Below, in pieces: positions 40,422-49,125 of a stretch of 64,000 nucleotides of DNA. The translations under genes and the position numbers were made by a program. The notes beneath the pieces were generated by a model. That model searched no databases. It was not told where the DNA came from and worked only from the letters and a program-made list of their open reading frames with translations. Each line of letters begins with the position of its first letter. The first letter of the stretch is position 1. This DNA is from Bacillota bacterium (lineage in GTDB: Bacteria > Bacillota > Sulfobacillia > JAIMAT01): assembly GCA_029960955.1 (NCBI GenBank), contig JASBVS010000009.1, positions 22,645-86,644 of the forward strand. The letters are read 5' to 3'.

Positions 40422-41480
40422 TCAGGCGGCGTCCGGCCGGAGCAGGACGCGGATCGCCCCGTCGCGCCGCTGGACGAAGGTCTCCCAGGCCTCGGCGAAG
40501 CGCCGCAGCGGGAAGCGGTGGGTGACCAGGGGCGCCACGCGGACCCTGCCCGCCGCCATCAGCTCCAGCCCCCGCTCGGAGACGCCGCGCGGGTTGGCCA
40601 CCGAGCCCAGCACGTCCAGGTGGCCCCGCACGATGCGCGGCAGCTCCACGTCGAGCCGCGCGTCGCCGCCGGTCGCCCCCGCCAGCACCACGCGGCCGCC
40701 GCGGCGGACGACGCCGACGGCCAGGCTGGCCGCCTGGGCCGTGCCGGCGAACTCGACGGCGGCGTCCGCCCCGCGCCCGCCCAGCTCGCGCCGCACGGCC
40801 GCCTCGGGGTCGGCTTCCTGGCGGACGTCCACCACCGCGTCGGCGCCCAGCTCGAGGCCCTTGCGCAGCCGGTCGGGGCGCGTGCCCACCAGCACCACCC
40901 GGCCGGCGGTCAGCCGCGCCACCTGGAGGGCGATCAGGCCGATGGCGCCCGGCCCGACCACCGCCACCCGCTCGCCCGGGCGCAGCCCCGCCCGCTCCAC
41001 CGCCCAGAGGGCGACGCCCACGTTGTCCGTGAAGGCGCCCGCCTCGTCGTCGACGCCCTCCGGCAGCCGGTGGAGGCTCCGCTCCGGCACGGCGGCGTAC
41101 TCGGCCAGGCCGCCGGGGATGGTGAAGCCGATGTGGGCGTGCCCCCAGGCGGGATCGCCGTAGTGCTCGCACAGGTTGTAGAGCCCCTCGCGGCAGGGCG
41201 GGCACTGCCCGCAGCCCACGTGCACCTCCACCCCCACCCGGTCGCCGCGCCGGAAGCCGACCACCCCCGGTCCCGTCGCCTCCACCACCCCGGCCCACTC
41301 GTGGCCCGGAACATGGGGATAGCGGACGCCGGCGAAGCGCCCCTCCAGCACCTTCCGGTCGGTGGCGCAGACCATGCTGGCCGTCACGCGGACCAGCACC
41401 TCGCCCGCCCGCGGCTCCGGCACGGGCAGGTCGTCGCGCACCTCGAAGCGTCCCGGTTCGGGGATCCAGACCGCCAGCAC
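40422..41480 (-). CDS. Zn-dependent alcohol dehydrogenase (MDR family, threonine/sorbitol/butanediol-dehydrogenase-like)
   Basis: GHEWAGVV, structural Zn CGQCPPCREGLYNLC, Rossmann VVGPGAIG. Confidence 0.85.
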   Translation of the reverse strand: MLAVWIPEPGRFEVRDDLPVPEPRAGEVLVRVTASMVCATDRKVLEGRFAGVRYPHVPGHEWAGVVEATGPGVVGFRRGDRVGVEVHVGCGQCPPCREGLYNLCEHYGDPAWGHAHIGFTIPGGLAEYAAVPERSLHRLPEGVDDEAGAFTDNVGVALWAVERAGLRPGERVAVVGPGAIGLIALQVARLTAGRVVLVGTRPDRLRKGLELGADAVVDVRQEADPEAAVRRELGGRGADAAVEFAGTAQAASLAVGVVRRGGRVVLAGATGGDARLDVELPRIVRGHLDVLGSVANPRGVSERGLELMAAGRVRVAPLVTHRFPLRRFAEAWETFVQRRDGAIRVLLRPDAA

Positions 41481-41498
41481 GGGTCTCGCCTCGCTCCG

Positions 41499-42587
41499 TC
41501 AGGGGTGGACCAGCACCTTGAGCGCCCCGTCGACGCGCTCCTTGAAGGTCTCGTAGGCGCGCGCGAACTCCTCCAGCGGGAAGTGGTGGGTGATGAGGCT
41601 GGCGACGTCGATGCGGCGGGCGGCCATCAGCGGCAGGACGCGCTCCATGGTGTTCCGGTTGGCCCGCACCCCGCGCAGGTCGATCTCCTCGAGCACGATC
41701 TTCTGCATGGGCAGGGCCACGGCCTCGTGGGGCACGCCGGTGAAGACCACCCTTCCCCCCTTGCGGGTCATCTCCACCGCCTGCCGGATGGAGTCCGCCG
41801 TGCCCGCGCAATCGATGGCGACGTCGACGCCGCCGCCGCTCAGCCGGCGCACCTCCTGGACCGCATCGACCCGGCGGTGGTCGACGACCTTGTCGGCGAA
41901 GGGACGGGAGCGCTCGAGCCGATCGCCCGAGCCGGTGACCAGCACCTGGCCGGCCCCCATCGCCCGCGCGCTCTGGGCGACGAGGATGCCCATGGGGCCG
42001 GCCCCCACCACGGCCACGCGGTCACCCGGGCCGACCCCGCCGCGTTCCGCCGACCAGAGGGCGATGCTGGAGGCGTCCGCCAGCGCCCCCTCGTCGAGGT
42101 CGAGCCCCTCGGGCAGCGGGAAGACGCTCTTCACGGAGTGGACCACATACTCCGCGTAAGCGCCCTGGCTGTAGTGCCCGTACTGGCGGTGGCCCAGCTC
42201 GGGTCGCCCGTAGTTCTCGCAGAGGTTGTAGCGGCCCTCCCTGCACATGCGGCAGTAGCCGCAGCCCGCGTGCGAGGTGCCGGCCACCCGCTGCCCCGGC
42301 CGCCAGCCGAAGGCGGCCGCCAGCTCGCCCGCCGCCACCACCTCGCCCGACCACTCGTGGCCGGGGACGAACGGGTACTCCCGCGGCCACTGGCCGGGGT
42401 GGCGCCCCTCGATGATGTGGACGTCGGTGCCGCAGATGGCCACCGCGTGGACGCGGCAGAGCACCTCGTCCCTCCCGGGCCGGGGCACGGGCAGCTCGCC
42501 GACGTGGAAGCGCTGCGGCCCGTCCAGGATCAGGGCGCGCATCCTCTCCGGCAGTCCCGCCGTCTCCCGCTTCAGTGCCAGGCTCAT
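41499..42587 (-). CDS. Zn-dependent alcohol dehydrogenase (MDR family)
   Basis: GHEWSGEVV, CGYCRMCREGRYNLC, VVGAGPMG. The start may be the internal ATG at 42542 (MRALILDGP). Confidence 0.85.
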   Translation of the reverse strand: MSLALKRETAGLPERMRALILDGPQRFHVGELPVPRPGRDEVLCRVHAVAICGTDVHIIEGRHPGQWPREYPFVPGHEWSGEVVAAGELAAAFGWRPGQRVAGTSHAGCGYCRMCREGRYNLCENYGRPELGHRQYGHYSQGAYAEYVVHSVKSVFPLPEGLDLDEGALADASSIALWSAERGGVGPGDRVAVVGAGPMGILVAQSARAMGAGQVLVTGSGDRLERSRPFADKVVDHRRVDAVQEVRRLSGGGVDVAIDCAGTADSIRQAVEMTRKGGRVVFTGVPHEAVALPMQKIVLEEIDLRGVRANRNTMERVLPLMAARRIDVASLITHHFPLEEFARAYETFKERVDGALKVLVHP

Positions 42588-42629
42588 CGGGCCTCCGTCA
42601 CCCCGTCTCCCGGGTTCGCGCGCGCCGCC

Positions 42630-43400
42630 TCAGTCGTCCAGGAAGGCGACCAGCCTGCAGATGGAGGACTCGCCCCGGAAGAACTTCCAGGGGAAGGCGC
42701 CCACCGTCACCCTCCGGTTGACGATCTGGTCGATGCCGCGACCGATGTTCTCGATCAGCAGGACGTTGCGCGCCGCCGTCCGGCGGTGGCTCTGAAGGAA
42801 GTGCTTCCTGGGCAGCAGCTCCTCGATGGGCCTGCCGAACTTCTGCTCCATCTCCTCGACGAGGTCGGGGCGGTAGTTGCGGATGGCCGTCCAGAGCGGG
42901 TGCTCCACCGAGGGTGCGTCGGCGCCGATCCACGGCGCCTCCACCTCGTCCAGCAGGTAGGTGACCAGGTCCACCGACGGACCCGGGCACTTGCAAAAGT
43001 AGCGCGTCTCGTCGGGCTCCTCGCCCTCCCAGTTGAAGCGGTGCCAGTTGTAGTAGAGGATGACCGCGTCGCCCTTCTGGATGGCGGGCGCCTTGGCGGC
43101 GGCGGCCAGGAACATCTCCCGGTCGACGATGGTGTAGTCGTCGACGAAGGGGCTCAGGTCGACCACCACCGTCGGGCGGTAGAGCCGGTCCAGCGGGATC
43201 TCGTGGACCCACCAGCCCCTGGGGTTGAAGTGCTGCGGCGCGTCGACGTGCGTCCCGGAGTGCATGTTGGTCTCGATGATCTGGCTCTGCAGGCCGTCCC
43301 GGTGGTGGCTGTGGAAGTTGGTCACCTTGGTGCTGGGGAAGTAGGGCCATGTGGGCGTCAGCACGCCCCAGCTCTGCGTCAGGTCGACCAGCCTTGCCAA
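42630..43400 (-). CDS. Cyclase-family protein (kynurenine-formamidase-like fold)
   Basis: Cyclase-family motifs HSGTHVDAPQHF and DLVTYLLDEVE. The likely start is the TTG at 43400 (LARLVDLTQSWGV) with GGAGGAGAG immediately upstream. The ORF-track ATG at 43499 adds a low-complexity tail. Confidence 0.7.
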   Translation of the reverse strand: MARLVDLTQSWGVLTPTWPYFPSTKVTNFHSHHRDGLQSQIIETNMHSGTHVDAPQHFNPRGWWVHEIPLDRLYRPTVVVDLSPFVDDYTIVDREMFLAAAAKAPAIQKGDAVILYYNWHRFNWEGEEPDETRYFCKCPGPSVDLVTYLLDEVEAPWIGADAPSVEHPLWTAIRNYRPDLVEEMEQKFGRPIEELLPRKHFLQSHRRTAARNVLLIENIGRGIDQIVNRRVTVGAFPWKFFRGESSICRLVAFLDD

Positions 43401-43495
43401 CTCTCCTCCCCCCCGACCTTCGCCGGCCGCCCGCCCCCGCCCGCTCCGCCGCGGGAGCCGTTCCCCGGGCGACGGCGGCCGCCCGGGGCGGTTAT

Positions 43496-43518
43496 GCAAT
43501 CGATTGCGGCCTTTGGCC
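43496..43518. promoter_or_regulatory. Perfect 12-bp palindrome GCAATCGATTGC (followed by GGCCTTTGGCC) in the 336-bp intergenic region upstream of the cyclase gene
   Basis: Read directly from the sequence. It shares the 13/14-nt motif ATCGATTGC(A)GGCC with 46210-46223, upstream of the divergent amidohydrolase. Confidence 0.4.
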
Positions 43519-43736
43519 TGCTAGTTCGCCGCCCGGTGCCACATTCCTTCCTGTGGTTTCGGTTTTCAGTGCGGAAACAGGGAGAAGATGGAGGCGGGCG
43601 ACCGCAGCGGCCGGCCGCACCCCTTTCCGGGCGCCTTTGCGGAGGCGGCGCGGGCCGGCCGGGCGGGGCTTGCCGGCGGCCTCCCGACGCCCGGCGGCTC
43701 CGCCCGGGAGGGCCCCGGCTGCAGGAAACGACGGCT

Positions 43737-46097
43737 CTAGCCGCGCCGCGCGGCTTCCGCTTCGTGCGGGCCCGTGCCCGCGCCCTCCCCCGGCGCGCGG
43801 CCGGCCTCCTCCACCCAGGCGCGCACCCGCGCGGGGGTCATGGGGAGGCGCCGGACCACCACGCCCAGAGGCGCCAGCGCGTCCTCCACGGCGTTGGCCA
43901 GAGCAGCCAGCGCCGGGATGGTGCCGCCCTCGCCCGCCCCCTTGGCGCCCAGCGGGTTGAGGGGCGTGGGCGACTCGAGGTGGGAGATCTCCACCGGCGG
44001 CATCTCCTCGGTGGAAGGAAGCGCGTACTCCGCCAGCGTGCTGGTGAGGAGCTGTCCCTGCTCGTCGTAGACCAGCTCCTCCAGCAGCGCGCCGCTGAGG
44101 CCGTACATGACCCCGCCGCGGACCTGTCCCTCCACCAGCGGCGGGTGGATCATCCGCCCGCAGTCGTGTGCGACCACGTAGCGCAGGACACGGACGCCGC
44201 CGGTCTCCGGGTCCACCTCCACCACCGCCACGTGGGCGCCGTCGGCGAAGGTGGGGGCGCCGGGCGCGAAGGCGACGGTGGAGGCGAGGTCGACCAGCGC
44301 CCGGCCCCCTTCCTGCGCCTCGCCCGAGCGCAGGCGCCGCGCCAGTTCCGCCAGCGAGAGCCGCAGGCCCGGCACGCCGCGCACGCGGACGTCGCCCCCC
44401 TCCAGGAGCAGGTCTTCCTCCGCCACCTCCAGGAGGCGGCTGGCGGCCGCCAGGATGCGGCGGCGCAGCTCCACCGCCGCCTCGTGGACCGCGCTGCCGC
44501 CCATGGCCACTCCCCGGCTGCCGAAGGTGCCGATGCCGGCCGGCACCTGCGCGGTGTCGCTGGCGACCACGGTGACGCGCTCCGCATCGACGCCCAGCGC
44601 GTCGGCCGCCACCCGGGCGAAGGTGGTCTCGTGCCCCTGTCCCTGGGCCGGCGAGCCGCTGGCCACCACCACCCGCCCGCTGGGGTCGAGGCGGGCGGTG
44701 GCCGCCTCGAAGGGGCCGCCGCCGGTGTCCTCCACGTAGACGGCCACGCCGACGCCCAGCCAGCGGCCTTCCTGGCGCGCCCGCGCCTGCTCCGCGCGCC
44801 AGCCCGCCACGTCCGCCCTCTCCACCGCCTGGCGGAGCGCCGCCGGGTAGTCGCCCGAGTCGTAGACCACCCGGCCCGGACCGCCCCGGTAGGGGAGGCC
44901 GGTGGCGTAGGGCATCTCTTCGGGCCGGATCAGGTTCCGCTGGCGCAGCTCGACGGGGTCCATCCCCAGCCGCCGCGCCAGCCGGTCCATCATCCGCTCC
45001 ATGACGAAGTTCCCCTGCGGCCGGCCGGCGCCGCGGTAGGGCCCGATGGGCACCTTGTTGGTGAAGACCTCCAGCACGCGGCAGCGGTAGGCCGGCAGAT
45101 GATAGGGCCCCGGCATGGTGGTGGCGGTGACCAGCCCGATGGGGACGCGGGGCGGGAAGGCGCCCACGTCGCTGAGCAGCACGTCGTCCAGGGCGAGGAG
45201 CCGCCCGTCCCGGCGGGCCGCCAGGCGGACCCGGTGGATCTGCTCGCGCTCGTGGTTGGTGGAGAGGAAGTGCTCCCGGCGATCCTCCAGGAAGCGGACC
45301 GGCCTCCCCGTCTCCAGCGCGAGCCAGGCGGCCAGCAGGTCCTCGGGGTAGACGCCGTTCTTCACCCCGAAGCCGCCCCCCACGTCGGGCGTCACCACGC
45401 GCACCTGCCGCTCCTCCAGCCCCAGCGCCGCGGCCAGCGCCGCGCGCAGCTGGTGCGGCGCCTGGTGCGCCGCCCAGACGGTCAGCCCGCCGCCCGCCTC
45501 GGGCACCGCCAGGATCGCCCTGCCCTCCAGCGGCTGCGCCGTCGCCCGCCCGATGGCCAGCTCCTCCTCCACCACCACCTCGGCCTCGGCCAGGGCGGCC
45601 TCCACCTCGCCGTAGCCGACGGTCCGCTCCGAGCAGAGGTTGGAGGGGCGCGAGAGCAGCGCGGGCGGCGCCCCTTCCTCCAGCGCCCGCCGCGCGTCGC
45701 CCACCACGGGCAGCGGCTCGTACTCCACCTCCGCCTCCTCCAGCGCGTCCTCGGCCACGTAGCGGTCGCGGGCCAGCACCGCCGCCAGAGGCTGGCCCGC
45801 GTAGGCCACCTCCTCCACGGCCAGGGCGGGCTGGACCGTCGCCCGCTGGAGCGCCGGCGCCCGCCGCGCCAGGCGCCGCCCGTCCAGCGCCAGCGCCACC
45901 CCCGCCACGGCCTCGGCGCGCCCCAGATCCACCCGCCGCACCCGCGCGTGGGCGTACGGGCTGCGCAGCACCGCCAGCGCCAGCGTGCCGGGCACCTCCA
46001 GGTCGCCGACGAAGCGGCCGCGCCCCGTCAGCAGGCGCCGGTCCTCCCTGCGCGGCAGGCCGTCGCCCGACCCGGTCGCCTCCCGCTCGCTCCGCAT
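43737..46097 (-). CDS. Xanthine-dehydrogenase-family molybdopterin-binding large subunit (form-II CoxL-like) with no adjacent FeS or FAD subunits
   Basis: ATG at 46097 with a [14 protein letters not shown]-terminus RREDRRLLTGRGRFVGDL, Mo-binding loop PYRGAGR, GQGHETTFA and the C-terminal dimerisation region. 786 aa. The 1072-aa ORF-track version is over-extended. Confidence 0.85.
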   Translation of the reverse strand: MRSEREATGSGDGLPRREDRRLLTGRGRFVGDLEVPGTLALAVLRSPYAHARVRRVDLGRAEAVAGVALALDGRRLARRAPALQRATVQPALAVEEVAYAGQPLAAVLARDRYVAEDALEEAEVEYEPLPVVGDARRALEEGAPPALLSRPSNLCSERTVGYGEVEAALAEAEVVVEEELAIGRATAQPLEGRAILAVPEAGGGLTVWAAHQAPHQLRAALAAALGLEERQVRVVTPDVGGGFGVKNGVYPEDLLAAWLALETGRPVRFLEDRREHFLSTNHEREQIHRVRLAARRDGRLLALDDVLLSDVGAFPPRVPIGLVTATTMPGPYHLPAYRCRVLEVFTNKVPIGPYRGAGRPQGNFVMERMMDRLARRLGMDPVELRQRNLIRPEEMPYATGLPYRGGPGRVVYDSGDYPAALRQAVERADVAGWRAEQARARQEGRWLGVGVAVYVEDTGGGPFEAATARLDPSGRVVVASGSPAQGQGHETTFARVAADALGVDAERVTVVASDTAQVPAGIGTFGSRGVAMGGSAVHEAAVELRRRILAAASRLLEVAEEDLLLEGGDVRVRGVPGLRLSLAELARRLRSGEAQEGGRALVDLASTVAFAPGAPTFADGAHVAVVEVDPETGGVRVLRYVVAHDCGRMIHPPLVEGQVRGGVMYGLSGALLEELVYDEQGQLLTSTLAEYALPSTEEMPPVEISHLESPTPLNPLGAKGAGEGGTIPALAALANAVEDALAPLGVVVRRLPMTPARVRAWVEEAGRAPGEGAGTGPHEAEAARRG

Positions 46098-46209
46098 GCG
46101 CTCCCCTCCCCTGTCGCCTTCGCTTCGACTCGCCTTCCCGGCGGCCTCGTGGCCAGCCAATACCACGGCCGCCGCCCGCTCCCCTGCCGCCGGGCCGGCG
46201 GCGAAGGAG

Positions 46210-46223
46210 ATCGATTGCAGGCC
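46210..46223. promoter_or_regulatory. Second copy of the ATCGATTGC(A)GGCC motif, in the divergent promoter / TIR of the amidohydrolase-2 gene
   Basis: ATCGATTGCAGGCC, preceded by GAAGGAG. It lies 22-35 nt upstream of the ATG at 46245. Confidence 0.3.
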
Positions 46224-46244
46224 GCCGAAGGGGGCGCGGGAGGG

Positions 46245-47219
46245 ATGGGCTTGGTCGTCGACGTGCACGCCCACCACGTGCCTCCGGCGCTGCTGGAACG
46301 GGTGGCCGCGGGGGAGGTGGCCGCGGAGGTCGAGCTCCACCGCGCAGGAGAGGCGGTCCGGCTCCTCTTTCCGCGCTCGGCCACCCGCCCCTTCCCGCCG
46401 GCCATGACCGACCTGGAGGCGCGGCTGGCCCATATGGACGCCCTGGGGATCGACCTCCAGCTCCTCTCCTTCTGGGCGGAGGCCTACGGCTACGACCTGC
46501 CGCGCGAGGCGTCGCTCCGCTACCACGCCGCCGCCAACGAGGAGCTGGCGCGGGCGGCCGCCCGCCGCCCCGACCGCTTCCGCTGGATGGCCACGGTGCC
46601 GCTGCCCTGGGGCGAGGAGGCGGCGCGGGAGGCGGAGCGGGCTGCCGGGCTGGGCGCGGTGGGCGTCATGGTGGGCACGCAGGCCGACGGCCGCGAGCTG
46701 GACGCGCCGGAGCTGGCGCCCTTCTGGGACGCCGCCGAGGCCCTGCAGCTGCCGGTGATGATCCACCCGGCGCTGGGCCAGGCGCCGCGGCTGGGCCGCT
46801 ACTACCTGAACAACCTCCTGGGCAACCCTTTCGAGACGACCGTGGCGGCCTCCGCGCTGGTGCTGGGCGGGGTGCTGGAGCGCCACCGGCGGCTCCGCCT
46901 CCTCCTCGTCCACGGCGGCGGCTACTTCCTCCTGGCCAGCGGCCGCCTCGACCACGGCTGGCGGGTACGCGCCGAGACGCGCACCGTGGCCGAGCCGCCT
47001 TCGGCCTTCCTGGAGCGCTTCGCCTACGACACGATCCTCTACGACGACCGGCTGCTGGCGGCGCTGGCGGCGCGGGTGGGCAGCGGGCGGCTCCTCCTGG
47101 GCACCGACTACCCCTTCGACATGGAGCCGCCCGAGCCGGTCGCCCAGATCCGCCGCCTCTTCGGTCCGGCGGCGCGCCAGGTGCTGGAGGAGAACGCGAG
47201 GAAGCTCTTCCGCCTCTGA
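46245..47219 (+). CDS. Amidohydrolase-2 family protein (ACMSD-like metal-dependent hydrolase/decarboxylase)
   Basis: N-terminus MGLVVDVHAHHVPP (the metal-binding HxH of the PF04909 family) and the C-terminal GTDYPFD motif. Alternative in-frame TTG starts at 46215 (GAAGGAG SD 5 nt upstream) or 46251. It is the real C-terminal piece of a 3495-aa artefact ORF. Confidence 0.8.
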   Translation: MGLVVDVHAHHVPPALLERVAAGEVAAEVELHRAGEAVRLLFPRSATRPFPPAMTDLEARLAHMDALGIDLQLLSFWAEAYGYDLPREASLRYHAAANEELARAAARRPDRFRWMATVPLPWGEEAAREAERAAGLGAVGVMVGTQADGRELDAPELAPFWDAAEALQLPVMIHPALGQAPRLGRYYLNNLLGNPFETTVAASALVLGGVLERHRRLRLLLVHGGGYFLLASGRLDHGWRVRAETRTVAEPPSAFLERFAYDTILYDDRLLAALAARVGSGRLLLGTDYPFDMEPPEPVAQIRRLFGPAARQVLEENARKLFRL

Positions 47220-47262
47220 CCCCCGCCCCCGGGCGGCGGGACGGCGGCGCCCGGCATTCCCC

Positions 47263-48333
47263 TCAGCCGCGCGCGCCCAGCCGCTCCGCCAGCCAGTCGG
47301 CCATCTGCGGGCGGTGGCGGTAGGGGATGTTGTTGCAGACGTGGTTCCCCTCCTCGAAGAGCCAGAGCTCCTTTGGCCCGCGGGCTTCCTGGTGGAGCCG
47401 GACCGCCTCCTCCCAGGGGATGAGGCGGTCGCGCCGGCCGTGGATGACCAGCAGGGGGATGCGGATCTCCGCCGCCGCGTCGCGCAGCGTGATCCGCCGG
47501 GCGAGCTCCCGCCCTTCCTCCAGCGTGGAGGCGCCCTGGCGGATCGCGTACGCCCAGCGGGTCAGCTCGCTCAGCCCGTCCCAGTGCGAGGCGACGTCGT
47601 AGCCGCCGCCCAGCACCACCGCGGCCGCCAATCCCGGGGCGAAGGCGGCCGCCCGCGCCGCGAAGAAGCCGCCCAGGCTGACGCCCATCACCCCCACGCG
47701 GCGGCCGTCGAGGTCCTGGCGCTGCGCCAGCCACCGGAGGACGGCGGTCGCCACCCGCTCGTAGCGCGGCTCGATGGGGTGCTCCCACTCCGCCTCGCCC
47801 TGCCCCGGCCCGTCCACGGCCAGCGCGGCCACGCCGCGGGCGACCAGGTCGCGGGCGTAGGCGGTCAGCTCCTCCTTGACCGAGTCGAGGCCGGGGAAGA
47901 GGAGGACCACGGGCGGCCGGGGAAGGCCGGGTGGCCGGTGGAGGAGGGCGGCCAGCCTCCATCCCTCGTACGGGATCTCCACCCGCTCCGCGGGCGGGTC
48001 GAGCCAGGGCGCCGCCCTCAGGAAGTCGGCCACCGTCCGCTCGTGCGCCGCGCGCTGCTCCTCGCGCCGGTGGACGAAGAGAAACTTGCCGAAGTGGTGG
48101 TAGAGCGAGGCGCGGAACCAGAGCTGGCCGGCGGTCCGCCAGCGCCCCGCCCGCTCCGCCTCCTCGGCCAGGCGCTCCACCTCGCCCGCCGCCCCGCTCC
48201 ACGCCCGGCACCAGTCGTCCCAGCTCTCGACCGATCCGGCGATGCGGCGGAAGTCCTCGGGGTCCACGCCGTTGGCGACGAAGCGCGGCCCCCAGTTGGC
48301 GACGGCCGTCTCCACCCGTCCGTCCCGCGCCAC
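47263..48333 (-). CDS. Alpha/beta-hydrolase fold protein (dienelactone-hydrolase / C-C-hydrolase-like)
   Basis: Nucleophile elbow GVSLGG. 356 aa with a helical N-terminal cap. Confidence 0.7.
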   Translation of the reverse strand: MARDGRVETAVANWGPRFVANGVDPEDFRRIAGSVESWDDWCRAWSGAAGEVERLAEEAERAGRWRTAGQLWFRASLYHHFGKFLFVHRREEQRAAHERTVADFLRAAPWLDPPAERVEIPYEGWRLAALLHRPPGLPRPPVVLLFPGLDSVKEELTAYARDLVARGVAALAVDGPGQGEAEWEHPIEPRYERVATAVLRWLAQRQDLDGRRVGVMGVSLGGFFAARAAAFAPGLAAAVVLGGGYDVASHWDGLSELTRWAYAIRQGASTLEEGRELARRITLRDAAAEIRIPLLVIHGRRDRLIPWEEAVRLHQEARGPKELWLFEEGNHVCNNIPYRHRPQMADWLAERLGARG

Positions 48334-48432
48334 CCGCTCCCCCTCCTCTGTGCAATCGGTTGCGAGCCTGGCGCTGGCTCTTCGCCTTCGCCCGCTCCGC
48401 CTCCTGCCGGTTCCCTGCGGGAGGCGGGCCGC

Positions 48433-49122
48433 TCACGCGTGCGGGACGCCGTACCTCGTCCGCAGGAGCGCGGCGCACCACTCGGTGTTGAAGGCGAGCG
48501 AGCTCTCCAGAACCCGCAGCCGCGACGGCCCGCCCTCGACGGCGGGGAAGAGCGGCTGCGCCGGGTCGTCGGGGAGTCCCAGCCGCGCGCGCAGCTCCAG
48601 GTAGCGCGCCAGCTCTCCGCGGGCGCCCGCCAGCGCGTGCAGCAGCGCCGGATCGGAGGCGTCGGCGAGGCGGAGCGAAGCCGCTTCCTGCTCGTCGAAA
48701 CCGGCGGCGGCGAGCGCGCGCAGGAGCGCCCCCCGGCGGCGGAGGAGGGCCTTGCGCAGGAAGAGCCGGCGCAGCTCCTCCAGGGAGCCCTCCGTCTCCC
48801 CGGGGAAGGCGGCGTCGAAGCCGCCGCCCGCCGCCAGCGCGCGGTTGATCTCCTCGGAGAAGGCGTGGTCGACCAGCTCCACCTCCACCCGCTCCACGCC
48901 CGGGAGGGGGCGCAGGGCTCCGACGACGTCGGAGGCCATGAGGAAGGCGAAGTTGGGCGCGCACCAGAAGGTGGGCAGGCGGAGGCGGATGCGGATCCGG
49001 CCGTCCTCCACCGCCGCTTCCTGGATGAAGCCGAGCTCGACGAGCGGTTCGTCGAGCTCGGGGTCGCGGACGGTCGCCAACGCCCGCCGGACCGCCTCCG
49101 CGTCGACCGTCGCCCGCGTCAC
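48433..49122 (-). CDS. DUF59 (MIP18/FeS-assembly-like) domain protein
   Basis: N-terminal VRRALATVRDPELDEPLVELGFI matches the DUF59 fold. The C-terminal half is uncharacterised. Confidence 0.55.
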   Translation of the reverse strand: MTRATVDAEAVRRALATVRDPELDEPLVELGFIQEAAVEDGRIRIRLRLPTFWCAPNFAFLMASDVVGALRPLPGVERVEVELVDHAFSEEINRALAAGGGFDAAFPGETEGSLEELRRLFLRKALLRRRGALLRALAAAGFDEQEAASLRLADASDPALLHALAGARGELARYLELRARLGLPDDPAQPLFPAVEGGPSRLRVLESSLAFNTEWCAALLRTRYGVPHA

Positions 49123-49125
49123 GGC

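Noticed and set aside
36732-47219. A 3495-aa plus-strand ORF spanning 10.5 kb
   Set aside because: It is a stop-codon-free frame produced by ~75% GC content. It runs antisense to 10 well-supported minus-strand genes and has an Arg/Gly/Pro/Ala-dominated composition. Only its last ~325 codons (46245-47219) are a real gene, an amidohydrolase-2 protein.
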